DNA of 64,000 nt from positions 186,001-250,000 of the forward strand of contig JAQGDQ010000010.1 in the NCBI GenBank assembly GCA_030141605.1, read 5' to 3'. Shown here piece by piece: positions 12,591 through 25,394 of the stretch. A model generated the notes under the pieces. The model did not search any database, was not told the DNA's origin, and saw only the letters and a list, made by a program, of their open reading frames with translations. Source of the stretch: Tubiluchus corallicola (lineage: Eukaryota; Animalia; Priapulida). Both the position numbers and the translations under genes were made by a program. Each line of letters starts with the position of its first letter. Position 1 is the first letter of the stretch.

Positions 12591-13559
12591 CGTGGCCAGT
12601 GTTTTTACCTTTTGCCGTGTTGTAGTCTTTGGTATTAGTAACTGGTCATGAGTATAAAGTCAGACAATATAAAAGTCTTGAAATGGTATTGTAAGGTACA
12701 AGGCAACTTTAGTAGTTCTACCGAAAGTGGCAGTGATGAGTGAAGCTTATAGATGGCCAACAAGTGGTCAAAAGGAGGCTGATGGAGCGAACGATGTCAA
12801 TATATTATCTAGCTTTTTAAACTAAGCATCCGATTACACTAGTGATCGTACAAATTTACAGTGAGAAGCAACTTTGAATGAGACACAGGAAGCGCTGTTT
12901 ACAGAATAGAGATTTCTGGAGATACGTCATTCTAATGCTTGTTTGTTTGGACCTCGCGATGTGTGGTTTGTTTCGCATCGCTGGTATGCGAATAGACGTA
13001 AATTGCGTGCGAGTCGCACACATCTCTAGTCATCCTCACAATGCTAACCTCACTTAGCTGGTTCAGCAACAAATCTGCTACATTGATAAGTGACAAAACA
13101 TTTTTGTTGTCACTGGATTCAATACACTTGCGAAATTACAATTTCATTCATTCGTTTGCCACCAGGTGGTCAATAGAGCAACAGCAATTAGGTTTCCTAG
13201 GTTACAGCGTCCAGGAATAATTAAAAAAAACATTGCCATTTGTGTGTATTGTTGTTATTTATAACAACGATTGTTGTATTGATATAATTGTACATAAAGC
13301 CACATTGAACTTTGCAGAGCAAATCAACCTGAATGCGATTCGCAACGAGCTTGTAGTCATAATGAGTTAGAAGTCGAAATGCTGGGAGGGTTTTTGCCAT
13401 TTAAAACTCACAGCCACGCTGTTTTGAAAGTGGGTTGAGGTAAAGCGTTAAAACAAGAAGCAAGTTTTTGGTCGAGGATTTTGGTCGTTGTTCATATTAG
13501 GGGATGACCTTTTGTTCGTCCTAGGCTGGGACAAAAAGTTTAAGGTTGTGTGAGTTAGT

Positions 13560-13935
13560 AAAGGATTTCATGACTTCACGCGAATATACCAGAACAAATT
13601 CCACATCGACAGATGGAGCTGAATTTTTGAGCCGCCATTTTAAATTCAAAACTTAGTTTGGAATAAAGCCTAAGGCTCAGTGAATTCCGAATGGATTGCC
13701 ATGAAACTTCACACGAATACACCAGAACAAATTCGACATCGACTGATGGCGTCGGATTGTCCATCTGCCTTTTTGGAATTCAAGATAGCAGCGATATTAA
13801 TGTTTTCGAAACCCAAGGCTTCGCCATTTCGCAATGGATTGTCGTAAAACTTTGCAAGAACGTACTAGAATGAATTTCACGTCGACTGAGGATCCACCAT
13901 TTTGAATTCAAGAGGGCGACATTAATATCGTTTTT
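13560..13935. repeat. Three degenerate ~135-bp tandem units
   Basis: Recurring accagaacaaattc.acatcgac.gatgg...cc.ccattttgaattcaag at ~13588, ~13721 and ~13864. Confidence 0.7.
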
Positions 13936-15749
13936 AATCGTCGGTCTTGAGTTTAACGAGACTAACGTTTGAACGTGGCTGAAGGAAGCTTTTATACAAA
14001 TCCCCAAAACAAGGACATTGGCCATTCAGGATAAGTCCGGGGGAAGGGTAGAAAATGAATACAAATCCAATAAAACAGAATTCTTGAAAAGTATTTACTG
14101 TGCTGGAACTTGGAGGTGCCTTTTAACTTTCTTCTTTAAGCAGGTGATGTTGAATATTTATCAGGGAAATCACCAGAAGTCCGAAGTGAAACCAAATACA
14201 AGTTTTTGCAAGTTATTATAAGTTATTAAATATTTTGCAAGTTATTTATACTGATATTTAGTTCTATAATTTATTATTAAAATTATATTATTGTTATCAT
14301 CATCGTCGTCGTCGTCATCATCATCGTCATCATCTTCGTCATCATCATCATGTTTTGTACTATCTGGAAATTCTTTAAGCGAGCCTACGAGACCAATACG
14401 CCATTGAGTGGAACATTCTGCTTAAATTTACACAGTACCAAAGAACAAATACAGTGCTAAATGCAATACTGTCAATAATTTATATGCAGTAATCACTAAG
14501 AGACTCATAACTGCGTCATGTTGCTAAGTATTATTGAGAAAATGAATCATTTGGGAAGCTATTACAACAACTAGTAAGCATATAACTATACTATCTACTA
14601 GCTATTACAGTTTCGGTCAGATAGGCCTGTGTGGTTAACATTTGATTGCTATTTGTCATTGAATGCAAATTGATTTGATATCGATATGCAAACTGAATAT
14701 AAAACTGCTTAAAATTCATAACTGTTTGATTTTGAATGTTAGACTACATTGCTTGACAGTTGTATCGAATTTTGTTCACTAAACTCCGAAGACAATTTGA
14801 CGTTCAGTATTGAATACTACTTATAGACTATCAAGGCAGTATGATGTTCAATAATGAATATTACATTTTCAGTATAAAACCAAATTGATTTTTAATATTG
14901 ATTATTGAATACCGAATATGAAACCAACAGCATGGTCAACATTCATGGCTGCAGTGGCGGTCACGAATGTCGACATTGCACGTTGAATGTTGCATGTTGG
15001 CAACTGCATTTGACATTGAACCGGGCGCAAATGAACATGTGAACCAACGAATGAACTACGAACTAACCAACAGTTTCATCCCATGAATTTTTTACCCATG
15101 TTCTTAGAATTTGTAGCGGTTATTACCCAAAATTTATGTAAATCGATCTGTATCATCAGTAGCTCAACATTCGTGTGCTGCTAGAGTTGTCAATTACAGG
15201 AATTCTCTTTCTGATCATGTGAATAGGTCTCCACTGGTAAATGCCGCCTCCAGTAAATTATTTAGTCAAAGATTGATGAAAATTAACTTTTCAACAGATT
15301 TGTATTTTTTCATTAGTAAGTAGTAATTATACTCTTTGTTTCTCTCCCGTATCCATTTTAACTTTCTCGTTTATTATTGTATATATTTTATTGTTTTATG
15401 CAGTTAATTTTTATTGTATGCATGAATACCTTAATTAATAAAAATAAATAAAACATAAAACAAACAACAGCATGAACGGACGGACGGTTGGACGAACAAA
15501 CAATTAAGCACTATTTAAAAGAACAAACCAAGATGCGTGCAAACAAATGAGTAAACGAATGAGCAAGTGAGCAAACAAGCAAGCAAAGAAACGTAGTTAA
15601 ATAAGCCAGGAAATAAACACATTAGAAAAGAAATTAATGAAAAACAGTGATAACAATCTGCCTTTAGGAACACCTCAGGTTTTTCAATTTTAGTTTTAGG
15701 CTTAACAGCTATCACCATTTTTACATGTGAATATGTTTTATTGTTTCAG

Positions 15750-15963
15750 CTATCACTCCTGTCTCGCCTTTATCTCCACGTCGCCAACAAGGATTCTTCC
15801 AGGAAGAGGGATTGGACATTTCCCGATTCGACAACAAGGCTGGTCTTGCTGATGACCTGAAGTTCCTGGCCAGCATGCCAGAGCTCTGTGACGTGACATT
15901 TCTTGTGGGCGAGAAGAAGGAACCAGTATGTGGAGTGAAAGCTGTTCTTGCAGCTAGAAGCAG
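15750..15963 (+). CDS. gprs: gprs-like BTB protein, first located exon (BTB start)
   Basis: tttcag acceptor; ITPVSPLSPRRQQGFFQEEGLDISRFDNKAGLADDLKFLASMPELCDVTFLVGEKKEPVCGVKAVLAARS; AG/gttggt donor. Confidence 0.92.
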
Positions 15964-18212
15964 GTTGGTTTATAATATCCTGTTATAAAATAATACAGGA
16001 AGAAGTTCCTGTATTATGTTCCTGTATTCCAGTACAATGTTCGCACAACGTTGATCGGTGCCGCTCTCACCATAAGTTCTATAGTCTTCACATTATGTTT
16101 TTGCAGATAATTTTATCGCACAGTACTGAGTTGAGTATTCAGCGCAATATTGAGCTGAGCATTAACCGTATGTAGATTCACAAGCTTCCTCGTAAGAACA
16201 TAAAAGTGCAACACGACACATTAGGCATTTCCTTATCAAAAATGTACGATGCCCAGGTAGTGTGCGTTTTCTTTAAATAGTTTTAGCTTCATAGCCGAGA
16301 AAACAAAACTGTAAAAATAGCACCTATTGTGTAAGGTGGTTTTTCTTCATTTGTTAAAAATTATCATGTCTTCAAGATAGAAGGTAATTATTTTGTTACT
16401 AATCAGTAAGAAAAATACGTGAGAATGCACAACTGCTTTTGTTAGGACTAATTTATAATTTTGCTCGCAGCTACTAGTGTTGTTGTTGCTACTGCTGCTA
16501 TGATGGTGGTGATGATGATGATGGCGATGATGATGATGACGATGACGACGACACGGACGATGACCGTAAAACGACACTGTAGCAATAAAAAATGATAGTG
16601 AAGACAATGGCAGTGACGCCGCACCGCTGCCAGTTCTGGTCTGTTTCGAGAGTTATGTGCGTGCGAAACTGCAATTTCATGTTTAAGTCAACTGCTGAAC
16701 AAACATCAGGTTACTTTGACTCTCCGACTTCTGCATCCCCTCATAAAGCTTGTTCCGTTCGTGTTACTGTTAACGAAGACAAATACAGACAAGTATTGCA
16801 GCAAATATTGACAAACACAATCAGACGGCAGGCAATAAGTATTGGCCATTTATAATAGCTAATTATGCCGAGGAATTGCATATTAGGGAATTTACGTTTC
16901 TCGGCGCACAGATTTTGCAAAATATTAGCAACATTATGTATTTTATACAAACTACTTTATTCATCTGTTGTTGAATATTTTCATGCTAGGTCCCCTGGAT
17001 GCGCATAAGACGTATTTTAGGCAAAAAATATTCTTATACGATTAGCTCATGAACCAGAATGGGTGAAGTAGTTGCTAAGGATTTGTCACTTGTGGGATCT
17101 CTGGACTGTGGAACATGAGATCACTGTGTCCTGTGACGTTTTTAATAACATAAAAGAAATGGGAAGCTCGTCGATAGTGTTTTTCTTATTTACTCCGACT
17201 TCATATCTGGGTTTTGACGTGAGAGACTAGTTTTCATTAGTGAACATATTCAATTCCCGGGCGGTACACGTTGAACCGAGGATACCTGGAGGATTTTTAC
17301 TGAATTAACATAGGACTCTCAGTTGGGTGCTAGTTCTGTTTTTTTGAGGTTTTGATAAAACAAGCTCACTGCCACATTTTCAACCACATTAGCATTTCCA
17401 AGAGCTGAGCAAAACATTGAATAAGACCACTTTGTAAATGCTCGTCTATATTTCTCATTCATTCAGCCTTTTCATGAACTCCAAGCATTATACGTAGTTG
17501 ATGTAGTGAATACCGTACACTGCGTAATAAGCCGAGGATTATGACACTTGAGCTCATCAACCGTCAAGAATAAACCACAATTTTGCTTTAAACACAAACC
17601 TCTTTTTAGAGCTTACTCATATCAGGGGAGTATCACGTGAAACCTGTTTTACTGTTTGAAGGAGACAGACGAAGCCATTTTGACGAGATAGAAGATGATT
17701 AAAGGCATAAAACACTTTGTCACGAGCTCACTGTGCAGGATGCGTGTTGCATTGCTCTGAAGCTCTGACCATTAATTATGTGCATGTACTGCTCTCTTAT
17801 TTCAGCAATAATGAGGAAGCTCTGATAAGGAAGAAGATTACCCATTTTGGATGTTGGATCCTCAGGCTATTAATAAGCATCTGACTTAGCAATGTCAACT
17901 AATTTAATCAGGTTGTTGTAATGGGTGGAATAGATGGGCTGCATGTTACTGAATAAGACTTTGCATGCGTTATGCTTTACAGTTACATTTGTCTGCAAAA
18001 TAAAATGAATAAACGCTATTAAACGGTTCCACAATTACTCCGTCGTAAACTCGTTAAATAAATTTAGTCGAAAAAATGGAATATGAAAAATAAATACTAC
18101 CAAGGACTCTTGAGTATCTCAAGCTTTTGATCTTTTGCCGTCACGAGTTTCTTGATTCATTATTCTTTGACTGCTAAGTTATTGGAGCAAGGTGCTGAAT
18201 TGTCCAGGTGGC

Positions 18213-18290
18213 TGCTTAGCGACAAAAGTAAGCAATGCTGAGCCTGGTCAATAAGTGGATGGATGCCTTCAGGAAAACTGCCTCTGGGTG
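18213..18290 (+). other. 5S rRNA-like degenerate fragment (pseudogene or SINE3 head)
   Basis: aaagtaagcaatgctgagcctggtcaataagtggatggatgccttcaggaaaac resembles the 5S internal control region (AAGCTAAGCA...GCCTGGTTAGTACTTGGATGGGAGACC...GGGAATAC). Confidence 0.4.
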
Positions 18291-18833
18291 GTTGTATTTG
18301 CTAATTGCCTCTGGCTGTTTGGCTTTGCTTTACAGACGGATGGTATAGAACACTATAGATACGTATAGAATATAATGATTTTTGAAACAATGACATCTAA
18401 TGAGTTCTATCATTTGTATGGGGAGATGGGGTGAAATGAGTATGTTTGTTTCTAAATAGTAATTTTAAGAACTAAACTTTTCTGTCTCGTTGATTTCCAT
18501 ACTTCAGCTTAGTATTTTAAGTTTGTTTTGTTTAGGAAAACTCCTTACTATAGCAACAAATGCATTCTGATTGACTTACGCCACATTTAAAAAAACGTGT
18601 AATATGTTTATTGATAGTTTTACACACGTTTTAATAATCTGTAAATTGAAACGGGCTATTTAAACTCAACAGAATACCATATCAGCACGACCAAAAAAGT
18701 AAATGTAAATTTCTGTAGAGGTAGTAGTACAATAAAAAGTCAAAGCCAGATGTGCGTTAGTAATAGTTTCTTTCATTTCGCAGCCGGTATTTTGCTACAT
18801 ATTGTGTTTCTAATTGAAGACTTATTTCACTAG

Positions 18834-19056
18834 GGTTTTCTACAAAATGTTATACGAAAAACAAAGCCAAGAAGTGAAGAAAAAAGACAAGAAATCCAAA
18901 GAAGACAAAGAAAAATTTGATCGTAAATCCAAAGATAAAGACGATCGCAAGTTAAAGGATAAGACGGACGATAAGAAAAGTTCTGCAGCAAGGAAATTCT
19001 TCCGAAGGAGGAGTAGTACGGAAACAGGAATACCTCCCTCTGTTAGTAGCACTGTG
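18834..19056 (+). CDS. gprs: gprs-like BTB protein, exon with Lys/Asp-rich insert
   Basis: cactag acceptor; (R)VFYKMLYEKQSQEVKKKDKK...RKFFRRRSSTETGIPPSVSSTV; gtaagt donor. Confidence 0.9.
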
Positions 19057-19959
19057 GTAAGTATCGCTGGGATAAAAGTTAAAAATTATTAATTAGGCTA
19101 ATTGAACAATAGTCAATTTTTGGTTTTAATTATCCTTATTTTCACGTTTCTTTTATCCTCTCCCACTTGTCCTTCCTTTTACTTTCTCTTTCTACTTGTT
19201 TGTCTCCCACTCTTTCTTCTGCTCTCTCTCTCTTTCCGTCTCCTTCTTTTTGCCTCCTTTCCGTCTTGTTATCTCCCTCTCTTTCACAAAAGCACAGTGT
19301 TGCTACAACTCTATAACTTCCTATCTAAACCATAATTTACATTTGAAAACAAAATAAATCGATGTTTTCCCTGACTTGCATTCTAATAATAACAATTTGT
19401 GTCATTCTGGCTTTTTTATACGCTGAAGCCAATGTGCTTCTTACGTTCATTCAAAAATCAAATTAGTTTCACTTGCTTGCTGCGTTAATGACCAGAACAA
19501 ATTTGTTAACCGAGTAACTGATATTTATAAGACCTAACTTAATGGCGTTATTGCTAATTTAGCTACATAACGCCTTAGAGTATGAATGGACTTCAGCACT
19601 TTACTGGGAGTCGTTGCAGCCAATATACGGACGAACGTACGTCGGTTGGCTGTTGCCACTGTCGTGGTTGCAGGTATCAAGGTTGAGAAGTTGAGAACGC
19701 CCAGCATGTGGGCACGAAGTAGTGGACGTCAATGTTGCGAGATGCCAAGTTCGTGGGCGCTGTGTTCGCAGACACAGAGAATATTCAGCATACAACCTTT
19801 TCTACGTAATGTTTGTGTATTTAATCCTGTTCAACCAGGAGAAACATCCACATCGATCCTCAATGAGCAAACTGTAACCTTTTGATCAACCAGCCAGTTT
19901 TTTCTCGGTTACTTTACTGCACATTGTCCTTATCATACATTATTATTCATTTTCAAACA

Positions 19960-20367
19960 TATAAGCAATATGAGTATACCATTCAAAAATAACAAATTAG
20001 CTGTACTCAAAATTCCTGATTTAAACGTCAAAATATTTAATTTGAAGCAGACCAAAACAATTAAAAACGAATGATGTCAGGATTTGATATCCAACTTACC
20101 AACTTGACAATTTACACACTAATGCAGAATTGATTTGCCCCAGACCATACTAAATGACTTAATCTTGCTGATAGTCAGTTTGTGAACATGTAAAATATGT
20201 AAAGTTTAAGTTTAAAGATATATCTTACTTTGTACCTTTAATTTAGATTTACACTAAAGCATTTTTCTCCAACAGTGTATGTTTTTTTAACTTTCACTGA
20301 TTGAGTATCTTAATAGTTTGTTATTATTCACAATATTATTATGGCAAATAAAGGTGTTACTTACTTA
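19960..20367 (+). mobile_element. Possible CR1-like LINE 3' remnant
   Basis: IPFKNNKLAVLKIPDL resembles PLFKxLxILKxxDL; ends with AATAAA plus (TTAC)3. Weak. Confidence 0.3.
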
Positions 20368-20725
20368 CAATGTTGGGGCGAACAGACTCACGACATAACT
20401 TTTATACGCCTATTGCAGTTTTACGTTCTTTTGACTCACCTGACACCAACTCAGATACATTTCTGCTGAAAGAAGTAGCCTAAAGTGTGAAAAACATTGC
20501 ATGTAGCAGAAGTCGCTCGCTACGACAAAGTCACTTGAACATATACTAATTGTAAGGATTTGCACGCATTTTTAATACTTTCCTTGTCAGTGAGAAATGC
20601 TTGGTGCTTTGCATCAGAGCATCTTATACTGTTGACATCTTTGTGACGCCATCTGCTAAAATTATTATTGAACTTCTATAAGCCAGTGCATCTTTAAAGG
20701 TCTTTAGTTTACGTTTATTTTTCAG

Positions 20726-20837
20726 TATAATGGAAACAAGACCATAGTAGTTGATGATTTTGAACCAGACGTCTTTCGCCAGCTCATTGAATACGTTCAC
20801 ACAGGCAGTGTTACTCTACAAGCCAGGACACTGCTAG
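20726..20837 (+). CDS. gprs: gprs-like BTB protein exon
   Basis: tttcag acceptor; YNGNKTIVVDDFEPDVFRQLIEYVHTGSVTLQARTLL; G/gtaaaa donor. Confidence 0.93.
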
Positions 20838-23006
20838 GTAAAAAATTAAAGAAAATTAATGCCAGCGATGGCCAGTTGTCTTCGGGGTTAGGATGTTAAA
20901 AACTAAGCGGATCTTACAGGAGTTCTCCAGGGATTTACATCACTACGAATCGAATAAGCTCTATTATTGTAGGCTTCAACACTTCAAACATTGTTGGAGG
21001 ATATTTGACTGATTTCAGTATGACTGGCTGTCTTAAGGGGTGGTATTTAAAAACGCACTAACGAAGGCAATGATAACAGAAACATTTATGGTAAAAAAGT
21101 GATGATAACAATAATAATCATTGTGAAAGTAATTACCTCAAAAATGGGTTTGATTCAGGATGAGGAAGCAGCTGGTAATGACTCTAGTGTTGGTGAGAGT
21201 GTAGTCGTGGGACGGTGTAGAGATAGTGGGGTGGGGTTGGTGATAGTGTCTGAGACATAAACGATTTTGTGTTTATAACGGTATAAATATTAATATTTTT
21301 TTACTCTTTCGTTTGAGCAATTCTTTTTAGTTTTGAAAGTTTTTTCCTTAATTTATTGAACTTTCTGTGGAAGAATTATTGCAAGGTGATTTGTTCTCAG
21401 CGTTTCGGCACTTTAAAAATTTCGCCACATCTGTAATTAAAATTGGCTTAGAGCAGCTTTTCTGTGTGCTAGCAGCGACTATTTAAGGAGCGCTACTGAT
21501 TGTTAGAGCTGCTATCAGACGTCAAAAGTTTTCTTGCAGAAACCTAGTCTGCTTAACCGAAACTTCAGCCTTCTCTTTAGGTGTTCACAAAGATCACAGA
21601 AAGCCCTCGATTCAAGTTTATTCATTCAAGAGAACCGTCCTCCTTCTCGGGCGTTATTTGTTGTAAACTTAAGCTGGTTAACCACACAAGTTCTTGCACT
21701 ATGCAGGTATTTTGTGATATTTTGCGGCACTTTTTCCTGCCTTAATAGTTTAGCCAACAAGGAAAGCCGAAACTGTGCCACAGTTATTTCCCTCCCGCCC
21801 CTTGCATATTTTTGATGAAGTTTTCTAGTCGCCTTTGGTCGCCAGGCGTTTGACTTGAGGTCACAAACATATTCTAGAATTTGTTTGGTCTACATAAGCT
21901 ATGGTAAATCACAGGAGCCATTTTACTGACTACAACTTAAGCATGAATTATTATATCCATTAATATTATTTAGGTTCCCATGTGAATATATTTCACCTCT
22001 GAAGGCATCGTCAGGTTCGCTGCTAATTGCACTAAGATTGGTGTACCCTGCTGTTTTTTAACTGTTTTCACTTTGAAACCACAAAAACTATAAAAATGTT
22101 GCCTAGAAATGTGCTTTCGAATTTATCTTCTAATTTTGGCTATGTAACTTCCACCATTTCTTGATTTTCTGCAATCGATTCAGATATTTACGTAGGTGTG
22201 CAGCGCACTTTGCAACTAGAACAACATCACAGATATATTATTGTTTATTACTTATTGAACCCTAGAAGAGAATAAAAAGAGAAAAAGTTGTATACACAAC
22301 ACATAAAAAAGAAACAGGCTACAACAATGCGAAGAACCACATGTCTATGGTATAATGGTTCAAGCACATAAACACATACAACAAAGTTACATATATACGT
22401 ATAAACCCTCTTGATATCATAGACTTATTATTCTGCAATTATTGCAGTTAATTAGACAGACTTGCTCTGAGTTAACTGCCAGGTCTGTATTTTCCTAGAT
22501 CAATCTAGCATTAATTTTTTGTAACTTACACATCTTGTGACGAATTTAAAAACAAACTTCTCATTAGGAGAGGTTCACCGATGTGAAACCGCTTCTCCCC
22601 CCCCCCTACCCGGTTTGATTGGAAAAGTTCAGTTTTCAGGCAAATTTCCTCGGGGGCATCTAGCACAATTCTTCTCACTTTTCGCTCGCGTCAACAAACT
22701 TGCTTTCATCTTATTCAAACAGAAACCGCGTCATATTAACACCTGAAACAAGAATAATGGTTTCAAAGATTGTTGCTGAAGCCAGCAGGTTTTGATGCGT
22801 TGCTGATTAAAATTCACAAAGTGAACGCGATCTTGCACAATGTTTGACTCTGTAGTGAAACGTTTTCTGAGACCCTGTCAGATCTGTCACTTGGACCGTA
22901 ATGGAACTAACATAATGTATTTACTTATCCAAGTAAAAATAAATTTCTATTTTATTCTATTCTATAGTTACTGTGTCAAATTTAATTCCTCACCTATAGC
23001 CTTATC

Positions 23007-23028
23007 ATTATTATTATTATTATTATTA

Positions 23029-23081
<53 letters not shown>

Positions 23082-23157
23082 GTTATTGTTATTGTTATTG
23101 TTATTGTTATTGTTATTGTTATTGTTATTGTTATTGCTATTGTTATTGTTATTGTTA

Positions 23158-23219
<62 letters not shown>
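23007..23219. repeat. Compound (TTA)n/(TTATTG)n microsatellite
   Basis: Read directly; explains the poly-L, poly-N and poly-I ORFs. Confidence 0.97.
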
Positions 23220-24016
23220 TTGAACACACATCGAATACATTTCATTTTGACAGAATGTGGATCAATGATAGATTAGTAAATTAATGAATTAGCCCATTAC
23301 GGGATACCAAACAACATAAATGGGTTACTCTCGATTTTAAAAACGTAACCAGTAAGCTAAAAACAACTGTGCTGCACATGATAATTCATACTGCTGTAAT
23401 ATAATTTACGTGGTTTGCAGTTGGTCAAATCCATAGTCTTTATCTTCGGTGCATGTAATTATACTGGTGACTATACTAAAATGAGACATTTTTTCATTTT
23501 AACGGCTTGATATTAGAAATATTTTTAGGACATTTATGGGTTGTGGACAACACTGTCTTCATAATTATCATATCATTACAAATTTCCAATAGGTCAAATC
23601 TGACTGTATTGGCGTAAGTTTGTAATGAAGTAATGAAATTTTGTAAGTTTGAATTGTATTCACCACGAAGTTAGCATCACTCCAGAAAGTGAAGAATGCT
23701 TTGGTTTGGTATTCATCACAATACACTTCGTCCTTTAACTGCAACAAACGTAAATTTTTTATGTGTTTATTGTTTGTATATAAAAGCTAAAAAATAATTG
23801 CCTTTGATCTGCACTATATAGTACCCAAAATACCAAATTTACTAAGTGTAATAGTGAATGGTACTAATCATGTGCAACCGATGTTCTTTAATATTGCTAT
23901 CGTGTGTTTATTTGATTAATTTCGTACTGTATAGATCTATTGAGGAATTGATATAATTCCACGTTAATAGACCTCTAGTAGCTTATAGTGTGAATTTGTG
24001 AGTCTGAGAAGTCAAG

Positions 24017-24325
24017 TGCTTCTGTGGTGTAATGGTTGACATAGCTGCCTGTAAAGTAGAAGGCTCATGTCTCAGTGGAGTGCAAAATTTTTCAGACTTT
24101 CTGATTTAGTATTGCTTTTAAGTGATTTTAAAATCTAGAAGAAACATTAATAAATTTTAATACAGCAATTATGACTGTGATTGCCAGAATTTTTTAAAGC
24201 AATTGTGGTTTATTTTACCAATTATTACCTAACGCGGAGTTGGAAAAAGGAGACACTGAAAATTGTTGACTGGACGGGATTTGAACCCGAGATTTGGGAT
24301 TAGTACGCGCTACCAGCCAACATGA
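24017..24325. mobile_element. Two degenerate tRNA-derived SINE heads in opposite orientation
   Basis: A-box-like TGGTGTAATGG at ~24025 on +; B-box-like GGTTCAAATCCC on - at ~24276-24287. No full cloverleaf. Confidence 0.4.
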
Positions 24326-25080
24326 CAAACCAGACCTGAGATTTCCCTACTCGTAGCTCACAATCCAACAGCACCACCTGTAGCCATGACAAAAGGGGGA
24401 TACATATGGTGTCAATAAGTCACAGTATTACTGTACTTCCATGGTTTTGTGTCATATATAGGTTAAAAACTAATAAACCAGCACAGAAAAATACACCTAG
24501 TTCTGACTCTTCATAACTGCAAGTGACAGTGCGCTCCTATTATCCTATAATCTTTTTCACCTAGTGCTATGATGCTGCTTGAACCTGTATCATCTAGATC
24601 AGTCTTCAACTATGCATTGCTTGGATGTTAATTACTACAGTGTTTGTTCATTGATCAAGTATTTATCATCTCGGAAGCCGACTATTGTCATATTAAAGTC
24701 TTTAGTGCAAGAAAGATTTTAATAATTAAGCTCCTTGTATGTATTTAGTCACATCTACAGTGGAGAAGAAAGAGTTGGACAAGTGAGATTACTGTATTTT
24801 AATTGAACGATATGATGTTCGCACACCAGGCAATACCATAGTCACATCGACCAGTACATGCATTTCACAACGTATTATTGTTTTGATGTCTTACGTAAGC
24901 CCAGAATTTGTCTTGCGAATTTCAAGACTATAGTACCTTTGAGTTATTTGAAGTGAGAGCAACAAGCAAACTGACAAACAGATTGTGAAAAAAAGATTTT
25001 GCAGAGTGTTAATTAAAACATAAAGGAAATATTTCGCAACACAGCCTTTTGGGCCCTACTATGTACAAAGCGCAGTACGA

Positions 25081-25394
25081 AAAACTCTATAAGAAAACGA
25101 TTACTAGAACTTGTGAACAATAAGCATCTACTAGCTATTGTCAACTCCGTACGAATCATACAATCTTGTTACTTTAAGATGTGGAACAACAGTCTATTTG
25201 TAAATAACAATCATCAAATGGCAGTAAATAAACATTCGCAGGTATAATGCTTGACGATTCTTATTTACAAATAGACTGTTGTTCCACATAATATTTATTA
25301 AAATAATAAGATTGTATAATTCGCACGGAGTTGACAATAGCTAGAAGATGTTTATTGTTCACAAGTTCAATAATTGTTTTCTAATAGAATTTTT
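25081..25394. mobile_element. Foldback element/MITE: ~135-bp inverted arms with ~33-nt spacer
   Basis: 25081-25217 is the reverse complement of 25251-25394 with few mismatches and one small indel. Confidence 0.9.

Noticed and set aside
16347-16855. His/Ser-rich ORFs
   Set aside because: Derived from a (GAT/GAC)n low-complexity run inside an intron.
24017-24325. tRNA genes
   Set aside because: Only isolated A- or B-box-like pieces and no cloverleaf; treated as SINE debris. The same applies at ~7510-7573 and ~55070-55105.
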